In this document: piece after piece, positions 13,561-25,871 of the stretch
Layout of the letters: each line of letters starts with the position of its first letter
Numbering within the stretch: the stretch's first letter is position 1
NCBI GenBank assembly: GCA_965655095.1
Contig: OZ296652.1
Location: 60,078,001-60,142,000 of the forward strand
Direction: 5' to 3'
Length of the DNA: 64,000 bases
From: Haplodiscus bocki
Taxonomy: Eukaryota
The notes under the pieces: model-generated
Seen by the model: the letters and a program-made list of their open reading frames with translations, nothing else
Database searches by the model: none
What the model was told of the DNA's origin: nothing
Made by a program: the position numbers and the translations under genes

Positions 13561-15657
13561 TCGGCGGGAACCGAGTGCATGGGACCGTCGGTGTATAAGG
13601 GTTAGAAAAACGATGAAAAAGTCTGGAAGCTGAGGAGGTTGTACACTTATTCAATAACGTAGGTTTTCCTTGAAATTTGCAAAAGTAGAAGATAAATTTT
13701 GTGTTTGACAGTTTATGGGATACCTAAGGTAATACTTGAGCCACACATGTCCTAAACTCGATTTGCGATCAAGCATCTTCCATTTTGACAGACGTCATGA
13801 CAGTGGTAGGTAACGTCTTTCACCCATTCTTGGGCAGATTCTGTGTGAGTGTCAGCTACTCTCCATCATCGTTCTTGTTTTGCTTGTTTCTCACACAAAA
13901 AAGATGAAGAAAATCGATGGAATTTCAGAAAAAGTACGTTTTCTTTTGTTTTGACAGTTGTGTTTTTAAAGAAACGTTGTTGATCTGCTGTCTTTTGTGC
14001 TTTTTATGATTCACAGAGTTCTGCCGGAAGCCCATGTGGAAATTGTGCGTTGTCATAACGCTATTTTTTCCAGCTTGAAGGGCTAATTGAAGTGTGGTAG
14101 CTTTTAGGTTTACATCTGGCGACGAAATCCTATTTAGACATTGTTGTTACTTCTTCTGTTTACAACAACTTGTTATTAACGTTGGAAGTAAAAAAGATCA
14201 TTGAGTCAGAACCTGAAAAACAAGTTAAAATCAGATTTCACAGAAGATGTTTTACAACGTGTCAGATTTTGAAATGAAAAATATAAAACTTGTCAGAGTT
14301 TTACCCTACTTCCTGTACGGTTTGCCAGGTTTTCTTCTATTTAATTAAATAGGGTTCGTTTCGGTAATGTTCTGATGTATGGCGTGAGTCACTTTGGTCA
14401 AGTTATTGTGTTGGGATTGATTTCGGTTCTCCAGACGGTGATTAACGTAATGAAACATATTCAGACAGCCAAACCGATCTGAGTGGCTTCATCAATATAC
14501 TTAGATAAGGAGGGGTATTCAACAAAGTTATAGTGGAGACTATTGGAGTTGCAATGTATAGAGGTGGTTAGTCTGTTTTAATAGCTTTTCTTTGATAGTG
14601 TCATGCGTTAAGATAAAACAGAGGGCGGACCTGTTCAAGTATTGAAGTAAGTTACAGGGAGCGGAAGCTGAGGATGGTTTGTACCAATGTTTTCGGTAGG
14701 ATGAACGTCTGCAATGTACCAAAACAGGTTGCGGCTTCGGCTGCTTATGGGAATGTTATCTTAAATAGTAGTTGTTGTTGAGGTGTTACTTCCAAATCAA
14801 AATCATCAAAGAATACGAAAAAAAATTAAATTTTGAACAAACACAACAAAAACATTGCACCAACAAACAATATAAATCAAACAAAAAAATCAAATAGCTA
14901 CAGTTAACTACGACTACAGTTCAACACAAAAGGTGGTACTCCATACCTTGCTCGGGGCTTCCAAAGATCATTCAATTATCCATTTGTAGCAATTCTTTTG
15001 TTCAATTGTCCGTCCGGTAAGTGATCTTTGTGAAAGAATGCAAAACTGACGCGCAAACCCTTCCTGTTGCTTTCCATCAGGCGCCATGAAGAGAACATCG
15101 GATATAGGTCTGTTCTAGGTTGGTGAGTTAATGTTTTAGGATACCTACCGAGTAGACATAGTGTCCCTATCAATAGTGCGGATGAATGACATAAGAGCTG
15201 CTAGATCCATGTCCGTAAATTGTAAAGGCTCAGAAAGCTAAAAGTTGTATGCTCCTCCTCAACAGAACAGTTGTGTTAGTTTGTTACTTGGGATGCACTT
15301 GGGTTTTTCAAAGGTTCCGGAAAAGTTTTTCTGTTCTCGGGTGATCTTTTTAATTTTTGAGGGTGCTCCGGGATAGAAAATAAGACCAAAAATCAAATTC
15401 TACTTGGGGTACGATTCTCTCCTGATCAATGTGGTGTATCATGTCAAAGAAGGAAACCGTCTTTTTGAAAATATGACCACAATTTGATATAAGATCGACT
15501 TCCTGGCGCAAAAGAGAACAAAATGAAACCTTTGTAGGATATTAGGGAGAGTCTTGGGTTTTCTGTAGCTGTACATCACTTTATGGAAAAAGTAAATTTC
15601 ATTCAATTAATACAAAACTTGAGCTCTGGAGAAATGACCAGTGCTTTGGTACTTTGG

Positions 15658-16085
15658 TAGCAGGTGGAAGCGAGTTGCTGTTGCTGAGAACGATTTTAAA
15701 GAATGCTTTTTCAGAGTAGCAAATTGTTGCTTTTATACAAATTTTACCGATTTATACCTATCTTATAAGGACCACATCTACATTTTTGGTCCAAGACTCA
15801 ACAAATTTCAAACAAGGAAAGTGCTTCCCTTTTTGGTATCTGGTGCTTCTTTTAACACTAAGTTGTTCTCCAGTAGCTGGGAGAAACGAGTTGCTGTGGC
15901 TGAGAACGACTTTTGACGAATGTTTTTTCAAAGTAAAAAGTTGCTGCTTTTTTACAATTTTAACCGATTCATACCTATTTTATATGGACCACATTTAATT
16001 TTTGGTCCGAGACCCAACGAATTTCAAATATGGCAAGTGTTTCCTTTTTTGGTATTTGATACAATTTTTAACACTATTTTGTTCT
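15658..16085. repeat. ~215-bp tandem duplication present only in the right arm
   Basis: cgagttgctgt(t/g)gctgagaacga occurs at ~15671 and ~15887 (ORF 15641..15916 contains KRVAVAENDF twice). The left arm has one copy (~9290-9505). Confidence 0.85.
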
Positions 16086-18335
16086 TCAGAGTCCTTAGTT
16101 CAAAAAATACATTCAACAATCACACTGCTGCCGTTATGTTACAAACGATTCCCAACTTTGAAGCGAAAATCCAGAAAGGCGTCTATTTCACTCTGTTCTG
16201 TGCAAAAAGTTGTTTTTTTGTATCTTAGCAACGAAATCTTTTATTCAGAGAGAACCCGAAAAAAAAATAAAAAAAAACAGTTTTTGATTCGAAAAGTTTA
16301 GGACAATTCAAAATTCATTCAAAAAAATTACAAAGAGGCAGTTTTTAATTTAAAAGCTGAGCAGAAGGTCAGATTTTGAATTGAAACTATTTAAAAGTCA
16401 GGTTTTGAATCAAACAATTTAGAACGTGTCAGATTTTATCTCAAATTTTTAAAACGTGTGAGTGTGAGGTTTTGAATTAGTAACATTGATTAGAATTCAC
16501 ATTTTGAATTAGAGAGTTTCTTGATTTGTTTAGTTTTGTATAATAAAGCACCATGGTTTATTTTTTGAAGACTTTGATTGGATCAGTAAATTCACTCTTT
16601 CGGCGTTTAGCAATAGCTTACGCCGTTTACTCTATGAATTCGTTATCGTAAGTTTTCAACATCTTTGCTAATTTTTTTCAGTTTGATAGATGAATTTTTC
16701 CTTTTATTAAGGTCTGGTGATTGACAGACGAAATGGAAAAAAACTTGATGAACGTAAGTCATCATCTCAGACAAGCTGTCTTTTTATTAGATCGATAGAT
16801 TCCAATCGAGTAATTTCCCCTAGACAATGGGTCCTTTTCGTAAGGGAATTTGTTCTACTTGGTCGATTTTCGTACGTAGTCTGTCGCCTATTCCACCTAT
16901 TTTTCCACTCGGCTGCTTTTGTCAAACAGAATATCGCCATCACGCGAATATTGGTCTTTTTTCATTAGGTTTTCTTTGCCTTGTTGTTGGTATCAAAGCT
17001 GAGAGGAGAGATTGATAATAACAGTTTGATTGATTTTACGAGAACCAGACCTCCTTTTTATGGTATTCATACGTATTTCGATTTTTGATGCTTATGTTCA
17101 AATTTTTTTCCATTTAGGGTATCTCCATGAATTGTGATAGCATATTAGCAATTTCTTACCGCAACTGAACCGTCATTATTAGTTTTGCGTTGTTACAGCC
17201 CACTTGCTTAATGTACATCTCGTTTCATCATCTCAGAAAACTTTTGTTACTGTTTCATTATCGTTACGCCTTCCCTCGATCACAGCCAAAAATTTTTAAC
17301 TGAAAAGTGTGGAGCAAAAACATGAAGAAGCATATTTTGACGCCAAGCGAAGTGAAGTTCAACAGGATTAATTCATTGTATTCGTTGTCGCACTTTCTCA
17401 ACAACTTGCCAGACTCACTGCCCCTATACCTCTTTAGTCTCCTCGATTGACCGTTGAAACTTGACTGCATTTTTCTTTGAAAACAATCCGGTGCTATTTA
17501 GCTGAAGATATAAATACATCAAACTCGAATCTTGAAAAAGATGCCTTTATGCTCTTTGAATAACAAACTGAAACTCTCATACCAAAATTTTCAGTATACT
17601 TGCCTGGCCTCAAATTCATTGATTTATGTACACAACCCCGAACGGAGCGTAAAAACTTACTTTATCTGTCAAATTCCTCAAATTTGTAGCAGTATTTTAC
17701 AGTATTGCTGACTCCGTTGCTGAATGTTGTTCAATGAAACCTTTCTTCTGTAATCTTCCCGACTCTTTGCGGCAGAAGTACTGCTTAATTGTCTTTCTGA
17801 ATCTTGGCGTTAAGTTCTTGTTGTTATTTCATGAGCAGCAACTGAAAAGAGTTCCAATATCTATATGGTCAGTCAAGTTAAAAATGCAATAGCTATGAAA
17901 AACATTGGGCAATCTAGGAAAAACTACGAACTACGTGGCATATAAGTCTGACAGTATGATTAGGATTGTATCAATCAATCAATCAATCAATCAATCAGTT
18001 TCTTTCACGAAAGACATTTTCAACACGATATGCCTCTAAGTTAAATTAGCATAAGGTGACTTTGATTGTTTCATGCGAGTGTATGGATTAGGAATGATAT
18101 TGGTAATTATCGGTTCGTAAAATAGGACGGTGTACAATGTGTTTTTACTTCCAAAAATACAACTTCATCTCAACGTAACGTGTTGCAGTACCGAAATTTG
18201 GCCATGAGTTTCCATGTTTATCCATTGGCTCATATATGAGCCCATATTTTCACCTTAGGAAACGTACTTGCTTTTCATATTACATTTGTAGTACCTTAAT
18301 ATGCTGACGGAACCAACAACAAAATTCAAAACTGA

Positions 18336-18706
18336 TTTTTTTTACGGACATCCCATATTCATTCATTGCACACATGTGTTAGCATAGCAATGGAGTATCC
18401 GCAGGGGTCATAAATAACCATAGTTGTCATATTTAACCTAATTGTTATCCGTGGGCGGGCCTCTAAGAAAAATCAATTCAATTTTTTTTCTGCCATAAAA
18501 TCTCAGACAGAAAATGGCATAAAATGGGTCCTCAAAACCGACTCCCTATTTATTTACACTGCAAAACGCTATAGTTTAAAATTATAATTTACCCATCATG
18601 TAAAATATCCGCTGACGTCCTGAAAGATCCAGCTACATCATAAAGAAAATCCGTGTGGAAACCTAAAAAAAGTCACTAAAAATTCTCGAAAAAAACCTCA
18701 GAGCGC
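18336..18706 (-). mobile_element. 371-bp poly(A)-tailed insertion (SINE-like or 5'-truncated retroposon) with 9-bp TSD
   Basis: Absent from the left arm. Flanked by caaaactga (18327-18335) and caaaattga (18707-18715). T8 run at 18336-18343. Confidence 0.75.
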
Positions 18707-18715
18707 CAAAATTGA

Positions 18716-19037
18716 ACCCTATTTAGGTTCGACTCCGTATTTTAATACATTGCCTAACTCGGACGGCCTCTATCTTAAAACATTGAGTCGGGTCTCTATC
18801 TTCATACAATCCCTATCTTATTACATTGACTCAGATCCTCTATCTTAATACATTGCCAAACTATAGCCTACCTTAATACACTGCCGAAGCTATACCTTAT
18901 CCTAATACCTTGCCAAAATTTAGCCTATCTTACTACATGGGTGCAAGATCCATGTCGGGCTCCAGGGCCTATACCCGATCATAAAACAAGGAGGGTCTTC
19001 CACCTACCCCACCTGATTGACGCACTCTCTTGCTACT
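18716..19037 (-). repeat. Right terminal repeat (Polinton-like TIR)
   Basis: Reverse complement of 6726-7055; ends ...ttgctact. Confidence 0.8.
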
Positions 19038-19836
19038 CACGTAGAATTCACGCGATAGCAGGTGAGTCTACCCGCGGTTTGATAGCAAATTGCCTGCATT
19101 TGCGGGTATTTTTGCCTGTGATTGCAACTTTTCTTGCCTGCGCTTGCGGGTGTTTTGTCCTGTGTTTGCTGGTTTCTTTGCCTGAGTTTAAAGGTGTTTT
19201 TGCCTGCAATTGCGGGCGTTTTTGGTTGCAATTGAGGCTCTTTTTGCCTGCGTTTGCAGGTATATTTGCCTGCGTTTGCGGGTATTTTTTTCTGCGGTTG
19301 CTTGTGTTGTTGCTTGCAAATTACATAATGCAGTCTAACTTACCTGCAAATTGCAGGTGGATTTACCCGCGGTGTGATAGCAGATTGCCTGCAATTGCAG
19401 GTAATTCTGTATCGAATTACAGGTTTTTTGCCAGCGATTGTTCGGGTATTTATTCTTGCGTTTGCATTTATTTTTGCCTGCGTTTGGCGGGTATTTTTAC
19501 CTGCGATTCTAGTGTTTTTGCCTGCAAGTTGCATGTATTTTTGCCTGCAAAAGTAAGCAATTATGCCTGCCATTCGCGGGCAAATTCCCATGAGTTCCCC
19601 ACGTGAAAATACCACTAAAACACTCGTTACATTCAAGTAAATTTACATGCGGCTGGAAGCAATTCGCGTGTTTTCTGCGCGAAGTGCTTGCCGCGTAGAC
19701 GCGGGTAAATTTACCTGTTGTTACAGATGAACTGCAGGTAACGCATGTAAGCTGCGTGTGAAGCCTTTTTACATGCAATCCGCCGGTAAAGTTACCTGCA
19801 CTAGCAGATAACCTTGCACGCGTCAGTTTTACAGTG
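19038..19836. repeat. ACCTGC/TTTGCCTGC-rich subterminal repeat field of the CACTG element
   Basis: Repeated tttgcctgcgtttgcgggtatttt-like units and small acctgca/tgcaggt inverted words. Confidence 0.8.
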
Positions 19837-22800
19837 AACGGCACTTTTTTGCTGGAAAATTGTTAAAAGCACAAAAACACAGCAACTTGCACGTATCCAC
19901 TCATTTTTGCTGAATCATCGGAAGTCCTCAATTCCGTACCCGATTGTGTCTTGTTTTTTTCCAATGGATAATTTCACTCAAGAATCACGACAGGTTTTTT
20001 CATGCTGTGTGCTTGGCTGATGTGTACAAGTAAATTGATAACCTTTGATGATTTTTGGGAATTTGAAAGGATTTTTTATTACCAAAATTTGTTAGTTAGG
20101 CAGATCCCCATGAAAGCAGTGTACTAACTCTCCATCCTTTGTCTTAGTCATTACTGCTTAGAACCTGGCCTCGAAGAAAGTTGGTGCCTCCTGTTTTGTT
20201 TAGCTTGGCAGCTACATCAACAGTTGTCTGACTTTGAATATTTTACTCGATTTAACTCACTATAAAAAAACGGCAAGAATCATGTGACGTTGCAGAATCT
20301 GTTACTGCTTTGTGTTTTCAAGTCATGTCTTTTTAGTTTCCATTGTAATATAACAGGAGAGAAGAAACATCATATCAGAATTGAGAGTTTCTTCTGCACC
20401 GGTGTGCCGCTTCTGGCTTCGTCAACAGCGTCAACTGATGATTTGCCTGACTTCCTACATTAAGTGGTTAATTGCCAAAATAGACGACAAACAACGACGG
20501 TTTTCTTTATCCCAATTAGGCCATGACTTCTTTTCAAAGAGTGGAATTTTGAAAGCGGTCAATTTACACCCAAATCCCGGAAACAAAATTCTTCCAATTC
20601 AACAATTGACTCCTCCAAGTATGATGAATTCCTACATTAAAACATGCGCGGAGGGGAATTATTTAGATAGAACGATGGTTGATATTCGGTTGGCAAAATA
20701 TTCGAGCTCTTTAATTCCTTTCTTGTATTTTCTGCGCTTTTTTTCAATGCTCTTCACCAGTCACATATGCCTTTCCCAGACCACCCCGAAGAGCTGAATG
20801 AACTGAAACACCATGGCATGGATTGTCCACAAGAATATGAGGGCCATTGTCTGAACGGACAAACACGCTTTTGTCCAGAGCGTGCTGAAGGTCCCGCATG
20901 CATTTGCCCTGAAATTTACGCCGGTGTGAGATAATAAACTTACATGTGGTGGACGAAACAACCTTCGTGGAAAAACGTTATCATCTACTAGTCGGCTACC
21001 ACTGCATTGAAAAAAAGGAATAAATTATTTCATTGACGCGTTATCAAGCTAGGAAAGGAGAACATTTTGTGGTTTTTTTCGCAACTAATTCTTCTAAGGC
21101 TAAGCAGATGAGAAAGCCTTCTTTGAAATTTTGGAAATTGAACAAATTTCCACGTTGCTCCTGGTTTTACGAAAACTCCAAAACTTGTCGAGCAGTTAAT
21201 TTCATTCTGGAGGCCACAAATCTATTGGCGCATCAACATGAACTAAAGACCAATGAAGTGTAATGTACACAAAATCCTCAGAATACAACACCCAGTGGAC
21301 TGCAGGCCATTTACTTAGTTGTCAGAAACCGAAGTCATCACAGTGACGAAGATTAGCTGCCATGAAGTAAGAATATTTATTATCAACATCAAGGAATTTG
21401 TTACCCATCGACGAGATTAGCAGCTCAGAAAACATCTCTGTGACATTACAGCAACTTTTGGAATTTGAACAAAAGATAGCATAAGCCTTATACTTCAGTT
21501 CCAACAACAAAATTCTAGAAATTTCCGTACAACGTATAGTACTTACGCTTTTCATGGAAGTTATTTTGATTTACTTAGACAATCTCGTGATATCCGATGA
21601 AGGGTTTTAGTTACGATCATGTTAGAGATGTTTTATCAACAGAGGGTATTCTGGTAATTTTCAAAACAGACGAAAACTCTTTGCGGTTCGTGATTGGTTT
21701 ATGTAGAGAAACTGGCCCAATCGTTTATACTGATGTTTACCGCCCTTGCGGTCATCGGGTAATCGAAAATCGAAACAGTTGGCTGTTTCACAAACGCAAA
21801 GAATACCAGTTAATTTGTTTCATAACTACAACCTCTTCTTCTTTGGATAACTGCTAGCAGTTTGTCAGAGTTTACGCGCAGAATGTCTAACTTTAAACTT
21901 CAATCCTCATTTCAATCTTTGGCAGGGACGTTTTTCAAGAAAACAAAATACTGAGTCCTGTTGTAGCTTACTTCGAGGGGCTTGGAAAGAAAAAAACTCC
22001 AATCATTTTCAGAAAAAAATCGCTTTAAGGGTCAAAAAGCAAGCCACAATACTGTTTGGGCCGCCCTTTTGTCCTAACTTGTTTGTCAAAAGGCAAAGAA
22101 AATCTACTTCTGGATTACACAACATTTATATGATCGTGACTGAATAGATGGAACTCACTCTTACTCCATTTTTTTAACGAAATTTTTACAAGTTTCAATT
22201 TTCGGTATCCAATTGCCGTTTTTTGAAGAAAGAAAGAGGTAGTGTGACTTGATGCGAAGACATATCTTCAATGTCTTCAATCAAGAGACAGTCGGATGTC
22301 CTAAAGTAACAGATTTGACGTAACAACTTAACAGACTTTGCTCCATCCACGACCACTTTGAGCTTTACTTTGGCCAATGCTTGGGAAAAGGACATTTTGT
22401 TACTAGAAGTGTTCGTAATCCAGCCACAACAAACTGTCTAAATAACAATTGAAACTTCAATAGCGTAATCTACCTGTCTATCCGAACCTGTTTCTAAGGC
22501 TATTGACAGCACTTCAACAATTGGGTGCGGCCAATGACCTGCGTAAAAAAGTTGCTACGCTAAGGAAGAGGTGTTGGAATTTGCTGCTCAAATTTTTTCA
22601 CAAAAGTACTTTCATTCAAACGACCCCTGAAGAGAAAACTAAACTCAAAGATAATGTAACTCAAACAAATTTTTGAGAAAACATCAATTTAATTAACGCT
22701 TTAATGCACTACACTCGTCGCATTAAAAACCATGTCCCACAAGAGACTGCAGAATTTCGTCAAAAAGCACAACGTTCACTCCTTAGACTACCTACAACTT

Positions 22801-23309
22801 ATACCAGTCACATGCAACTTAACGTAACTTATGACACGCGGCTACTGAAACGCACCGCAAAAAAACTAGCTGTCCGAAAAAGTTTTTCAGAAGTAAGTTT
22901 CTCCCCAACCTCATTTTCAAGTAGGTGAAAGGAAGCATATCGGATACAACTGAAAATTACTTGAGACTTCACAAACTAAATTTTTTCATACCTGTTGCTG
23001 CTAATCAATGTCACTTTACGACGAAAATACTTCGCGTTACAAGTGATGCTGTTTGAGAATTATTGTTTGAGTACAAAATTTGGTTTGCCAAAGCATACGG
23101 TTGACTAAGCAGACGCATAACATTCAAGACATTGTTTTCGACAATGACAAAAATGAAAGATGGTTCTGGAAGTTTTGGAATTCCAATACTTTATATCAAT
23201 CACTAGTTTTGTTCTCCACGTTAGTAACTCTTATTTTATTAAACGTAATCGAAAACTTCAGGAAATAGGCTTTTGACACAACTTCTGGGCATACATTTCC
23301 AAAAACACA

Positions 23310-23890
23310 TTAATTAGCAGGTTAAATTTCGCTAAAAACCGTCTGTTCATGACCTGGGGTTGACCAAGAAGACCGGGAAAAAAGCAGGCAGTGCTCTCAA
23401 TAATGGCTTTTCCAAAAAATCTCAGCTTACCAGTAAGAAGAACACACTGTTTTTTCAACGAAACTTGATCATTCTCTGAGAAAATGCCAGGAGCGTTTGG
23501 TATGGCATTCACACAGTGTTTGATTCTTCAAAGGATAATAAAACTTCAAATATCCCACGTAGTGTTTAAAGACTCATGCGGAAAATATTACCAGGAAAAA
23601 ATACTGCGAAGATCGCAGTTTCCAAGAGACATTGAAAAATCATTGTTTATTTGTCAAACAAAGCCTATATCGTGAAAAGAATAGGTTGCGAACAGTCAAG
23701 TGGGACAGAAATTAATTTTTAACCATTGAATCAAAGCGAGTTGTTTAACAGATTGATGTGCTTGGAAGACGAACAAATAGAACAGCATTTTTTCGACATT
23801 GTTACCAAACGGTAGAATGCAAACTATGCGGTCACGTTCCGAATGGTTTAATTCTAAAAACAAGAGACTCACTTCATTTGTTTTCGAAGC
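23310..23890 (+). pseudogene. Polinton packaging ATPase (A32/FtsK-HerA-like) remnant
   Basis: LFMTWG*PRRPGKK (23343; decayed Walker A), VVFKDSC (~23559; Walker B, cf. FDDSC), AVSKRH..HCLFVKQSLY, and QIDVLGRR...CY...GHV....KTRDSL (23749-23875). Confidence 0.75.
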
Positions 23891-24829
23891 TAGTTGGTAC
23901 CGCTCTTAATGTTTTTCAACTGCATCATTAGCCAAATAAAACACCAATTTAAAATGTATGTGATAAAGTGAAAAAGATTGTTGGATGGAAGGCAAAAAAC
24001 AAAATGTTATGAAAAAATCTGCTGAACAGTGATGAAAAGACAACTATCTTGCTCTTCCAGTGTGCAATGAATCTGAATAAAGGAAGTACATGTTTCGATG
24101 AGAAAATTTTTTCATCTAATGGAGAAAAAATGAAAGTTGTTTTTCACGCTTTAACAGCAACGAAAGTTTGATATCATCTTGTCATCGGTCAGAAAATCGA
24201 AATTGTTTCAGTTATTCAAACTTCGGTGTTACTGCTATCGACAAAAAAGGGCAGGCAAAGTTTTCTTGGCTCCGAAGGAAAAAAGTGTGAACAGGTTTTG
24301 AAAGTTTTGAAGTAGTTGACTACTGATAGAAGAATCAACTTTCTCAGAGTTCTGCAATGTTAACCTTTGAGAAAATATACAACAATGAAAAAGATTACAA
24401 GAAGCAAAAAGAACACGGGAGACTCACAAAAAAAGCGTACAAAAAAACAATTGTCTATGAAAGACAAAACTCGAAGGCAAATAATTGAGGAAGTCAAAAA
24501 CACATCCACGACTAACCACAGTTGGCTGAAAGTTGAAAATAGAGGTACATCAGTCAACCCGGCACAATTCTTTCACAACAAGCAAAGAAGCAAAAAAAAT
24601 CTTATCTTGACTGCAAACAATTATCCCATTCAATGAATCTCACTTCGCTGTTGAATGCAAAATTTGCATTAAAATGGATTACCAAACCGACCTTAAAACT
24701 TAGTGTACTAACAAGTTGACCAAAAACTCCCAGGAAGACGGTTAGAAAACCCAAAACACAGAGAGGCGGGCAATCTCGTGAAGATGCTGGGAGTAAATCG
24801 AAAGCTGAAAAACAGAAAAGTGAACAAGT

Positions 24830-25660
24830 TTAGAGTAATGGAAGCACTAGATTCGAAAGTTTGTCAAATCTGGAAAAGGCTTCAAAGTTGCCATGCAGAC
24901 AAATGGAGACGCCTCTGCAACGAAAATATGCTCGTACAAAATATCAGCAACTTGCCCTGTGCAAAGGACATTCATGAAATTTGAACATTTAATTAGCATA
25001 TGTACACAAATCAGATGAATATAACAACCAGATAAACATTTCGTTAGTACCGTTAAACTTTTATCACATTATTCAAGACTCTTAACAATGCCTACAAAAT
25101 CACCTCAAAGCAACAGTTATGAAAAAAGTTGGTGAAAAAAATATGTGAGAAATCGTGGTCAGATTTTAGTACAACCTTCAAATGTGTTTCCAGCAATTTT
25201 GCGGGGTAGTAGATGTACATACCTACACAGAAAAAAGTGGACACAAATCACTGTCTGCAGGAAAAAAATCCGGTGACTCAAAAACTTTACCTACAAGTAC
25301 CTGTGAAACAAGTGGCACACCCTTAAATCAACAAGACGCAGTCATTTGTTTGAACAATCGGTTCCTTACCTTTCTATGATCTCATAATTTTTCAAAACAA
25401 TGTAACAAGGAAACATGTGCGTCTTTCAAAAACCTTGTCGATGCAAAAACTCAAGAAGTCACAAAACCGCTGATTTTACGTTAGGTATAAAAACGCATCG
25501 CGAAAGGAGATTTACCGTTCAATGGCGGTTTCTAGCAAAAGTCCACGAGCGAAATTTTCACAAGACGGGTGATATCATTCGTCGTCTAGCCGGAAGTTTT
25601 TTTTGGAAAAAATTACCCAGGAAAGTTTTTGTAGAATTTTCTACGTTTGTGAATTGGTTG
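24830..25660 (+). pseudogene. Polinton rve/c-integrase remnant
   Basis: KDIHEI*TF/LAYVHK..YNN (~24964-25030; cf. EIWxxDLA), FQQFCGVVDVHTYTEKSGHK (ORF 25182..25379), RIAKGDLPFNGGF*QKSTSEIF (25494-25559; cf. RISK..FxKGY...FT.EVF). Confidence 0.75.
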
Positions 25661-25871
25661 TGAAGAAGGAACGATCTCCACTTTCATTCGGAATCAATAG
25701 ATTCAGTGAATTTTCAAATCAATTACACAAAAACAGTTCTTCACAACCTGCTAGCAAACCCAATTCAACTGGAGGGAGACCGGCGTGATTCCGTTTATCA
25801 TTCAGCTAACTTAGTTTTAGGGCGACAATACCGAAGGGAGATATGACTGAAAGTTTCAACATTTTGAACTG

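Larger units (their letters stand above)
6726..19037. mobile_element. 12.3-kb palindromic (fold-back) non-autonomous Polinton/Maverick derivative
   Basis: Starts agtagtaagagagtgcgtc and ends gacgcactctcttgctact. The left arm (6726-12655) is the reverse complement of the right arm (12749-19037); mirrored ORFs include 8366..8554/16827..17015, 10016../14976.. and 10467..10649/14540..14722. Flanks aactta and cacgta match 4/6. Confidence 0.85.
5322..19836. mobile_element. Non-autonomous CACTG-terminated (CACTA/EnSpm-like) DNA element, split by nested insertions
   Basis: Left end cactgtaaaagcggcgcgtgcaaag (5322) matches the reverse complement of the right end, cactgtaaaactgacgcgtgcaagg (ends 19836). 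Both ends are flanked by 'aa'. Internal ACCTGC/GCAGGT repeats occur at 5340-5440, 6570-6710 and 19040-19810. Confidence 0.65.

Noticed and set aside
18941-19844. Longest ORF (221 aa) and overlapping ORFs
   Set aside because: They arise from the stop-poor TTTGCCTGC repeat field and cross the palindrome boundary; not a gene.
19850-23300. Possible Polinton accessory genes (DEDD-like at ~22190-22560 minus; PCGH at ~21745)
   Set aside because: Only faint motif hints, so no defensible call.
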